From positions 18,910,001-18,974,000 of the forward strand of contig CM074518.1 of the NCBI GenBank assembly GCA_037379345.1: a DNA stretch of 64,000 bases, in the 5' to 3' direction. The position numbers and the translations under genes were made by a program. Shown piece after piece: positions 61,441 to 64,000 of this stretch; within the stretch, counting starts at the first letter, position 1, and each line of letters starts with the position of its first letter. A model generated the notes under the pieces. It was not told where the DNA came from and ran no database searches. It saw only the letters and a program-made list of their open reading frames with translations. The stretch is from Perna viridis. Its lineage: Eukaryota.

Positions 61441-62959
61441 GAATACGCGGGATATTATTTCATCCGTAGAAGACGAAAAATTTAAGTCTGAATTAAGTCA
61501 CTTTCAAACGAACCAATTAAGAAATTCAACTTCCGTCCTCGGAAACTTTTTGCCGTCGTAGCTTAGGTTGCACTATACAAATGGGATTTAGGTGCACTGT
61601 TTCGTACACAAAACTGACCCGGTCTAATTTTGTAAAGCTTAAAAATAAAAGGGGAAACTTGGTGGAAATATTGATTGTGTATAGAAGAGCAATCGTATAA
61701 AATAGATGCAATACTTGTGAAGGTAAAGAGGTGTAAAATGCATGCTTTAAGCTATCCGGAAAGATTCAGGTCCTCACCAGATTGTATTCTCTTCCCTGTA
61801 GCAACAGGCTGTTTTTCCAAAAATGCAAATTTTCGCACGAACTTTAAGAATTAAGATCATGAACAAATGAGCAGAAAAAGGTACATTTTTTTTTATTAAA
61901 TTATACCATCCCAACTTACTTTTCTGGCAGTTTTCAAGTTCCTGATATTGTAGAAAACCAGTTTTTTGACAATTAACTTTGGAAAGGCACCCAAAATTTG
62001 TTACGAAAACTGATGTATGTTTTTATTATATTACCATGGCTACAGATTTTCATAACAAAACAGAAAAGAATATATATTTTTTTTATGGATCTCCATAATG
62101 TAAGGTTTTGAAAATGTATACTTTTTACAGGAAAAAAATGTTGGATCTGCTTTTGATTAAGTGTCTCAATATAGCTTTATTTCCACAAATTGTCATAAAG
62201 TTATCTGCAGTGACCTATCTATATAGTGGAACCTTACACATAAAATACGTCTTCACCATCACGGACGTCATAAACAATTCCATGCAATTTCTGAATCGGT
62301 CCCTTGAGTGGTTTTGAAAGTAAACGATCACCAGATGCCATGAAAAGACATTTTCGTTCTTTCCTGGTAAAATGACGCATATTTTATGAACTTTTGTGAA
62401 AAATGTTATAAGTTGTGATAATGAAATATAAATGTAGGAAAATCTTCATTTGGACTGAATTGATGCTATGAGTTCCATAATAAAGTCAAAATTTCAGTTC
62501 ATTTCAGAAATATGTATCTAATTTTCATATTCAAAGAAAAAAAAAGCGTTGCTTCTGTTTCCGATTTAATGCTAATATTTACTGTCCTAATCTTGTGGCT
62601 TGGCGTTGAACATTTTTCTAGATCTGTGCGGTAGGCCTGTGAGAAAACCTTTAAATCTAATTTCCCTTATTGATATTTAGTTTAGAACTATTCGCTTTTG
62701 TTAACTTACACGGGAAGTGTGGTGTGCTTGATTAATTCATGTTAAAATATCATATTTGAAATTGAACAAATTTATTCCGTTTAGATATAAAATTTGTTTA
62801 AACAAAGAATTGTAAATTTACATTTTTGAATACTCAATTTTAAACAAATTTACACTCTCATAGCATTTAATAACAAGCACACAGGACTGATATCAGGACG
62901 TCATTTTAGGGTCAATTAGTTTGATGTCAGTGACATTCCAACATTTCGGCCTAATTATA

Positions 62960-63335
62960 GTAGGATAATTAATTGGAAAGTGTGAATAACCAAAATATGA
63001 TCACGATTGCCACAGAACGCCTAGAATTAACGAGTGTGCGTAACTTGTTCCGCGCACGAGTTAAATCTTAACGCGTTCTTGGCACGAATGATCATATTTT
63101 GGTTATTCACGATAACCAGCTGATTATCCTATTTATCATATAAATTTCCCCCATTATTCATTGTTATTTTCAAAACAAATTTAAAATTTCGTGAACGGCG
63201 GATTGATATTCGTGTTGTGACATTTTGACGGGAGAAAGCGCGAGAGGGAAATTACCGAATTTATTTCACAGTGTGAATTATCGAAAAAAAATTACACTTG
63301 GAACAATCGGTAAATCACTGCTATCTATATTATGA
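62960..63335. mobile_element. Interspersed repeat with a long internal palindrome (a diverged second copy lies at ~9920-10220)
   Basis: Perfect 22-bp inverted repeat at 62982-63003 / 63089-63110. Both copies share TAACCAAAAT..ATGATCACGATTG, TTCTTGGCAC, TTTTGGTTATTCACGAT, GATTGATATTC, GGAGAAAG and a TGCTATCTA end. Confidence 0.75.
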
Positions 63336-63927
63336 AATGTTTTTTACACATATCGTAAGGTAGTATGACGGTATCATTTATTTTGACAGACTACATGAAG
63401 CATTATACATGTAGTTCATATTTTGTAATTTGCCTGTTCGAAGTTGATTGTGACCATTATTAGGATGGAACCTTTAACAAATTTTTATGATCATAACCTT
63501 GCAATGCAGCGCGTTTTCCAAATTTGAACAAACAATTTCAGAAAAAAAAGTGTTACATCATAACTGACCGGACATTGTCAAACGTATGGTTGCAGATCGC
63601 AATATTCAGTATGTTACACAATCGGTTTCACAACGACTTACATAAGTATATAGCTGAATATTGCTAATGCATGAAGCCAATACTCTGAATGTACTGTGAG
63701 TTCCGGTGTTTTCTGTACTATGCTTGATAAAAATGTTCTATTTCTCAATACGTATCAAACAATTAGAGCTGACATACATGTCACATATTTAGGTCACTAT
63801 AATTGTGTCTATTTATGTATCACTTGTCACTCTAGTATATTTAATTGTATAAGGGGCTCTTACGCCATAACGAATTGAACGAACGATCTTCTAATGAATT
63901 GGATAAAATAGAAAAGTGATCTGTCAA

Positions 63928-64000
63928 CAGTGGCGGATCCAGGGGGCCAGGGTGGCCCGGCGCCACTTAGAAAATTGCAATTTAAAAAAAAATGTTCAAT
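63928..64000. mobile_element. Probable left end of a MITE or DNA transposon (CAGTGGCGGATCCAGGGG...)
   Basis: GC-rich terminal motif typical of hAT-like non-autonomous elements; the other end is not in the window. Confidence 0.45.

Overview
AT-rich, intron-containing eukaryotic DNA. The repeat families suggest a bivalve mollusc (inference). Two minus-strand genes lie in tandem. (1) A gene of about 36 kb (55987 to ~20093/19595) that I can splice by hand into 19-20 exons, with GT-AG at every junction and consistent phases. It encodes a type I membrane glycoprotein of about 6,990 aa: a signal peptide, then five repeats of [giant Ser/Thr-rich exon of 2.4-5.7 kb + 92-nt exon with paired basic proprotein-convertase sites + 147-nt exon], then a TM helix and a ~330-aa cytoplasmic tail. 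Each repeat builds a SEA-like domain resembling those of the UPF0606/KIAA1549 family, with the cleavage cassette inside the domain. The ectodomain appears to have no Cys. (2) The 5' part of an unidentified gene (coding exons 10309 to 1663, probably continuing beyond the left edge), with a putative ETS/E2F/CHR-like promoter at ~18.15 kb. The rest is intronic or intergenic repeat: a Penelope-like retroelement apparently nested in the 3' UTR of a decayed CR1/L2-type LINE, several 3'-end copies of that element with a conserved stem structure, a second decayed LINE, MITE-like elements, a 29-bp satellite and several minisatellites. All exon calls come from reading the sequence; no RNA evidence or database search was available.
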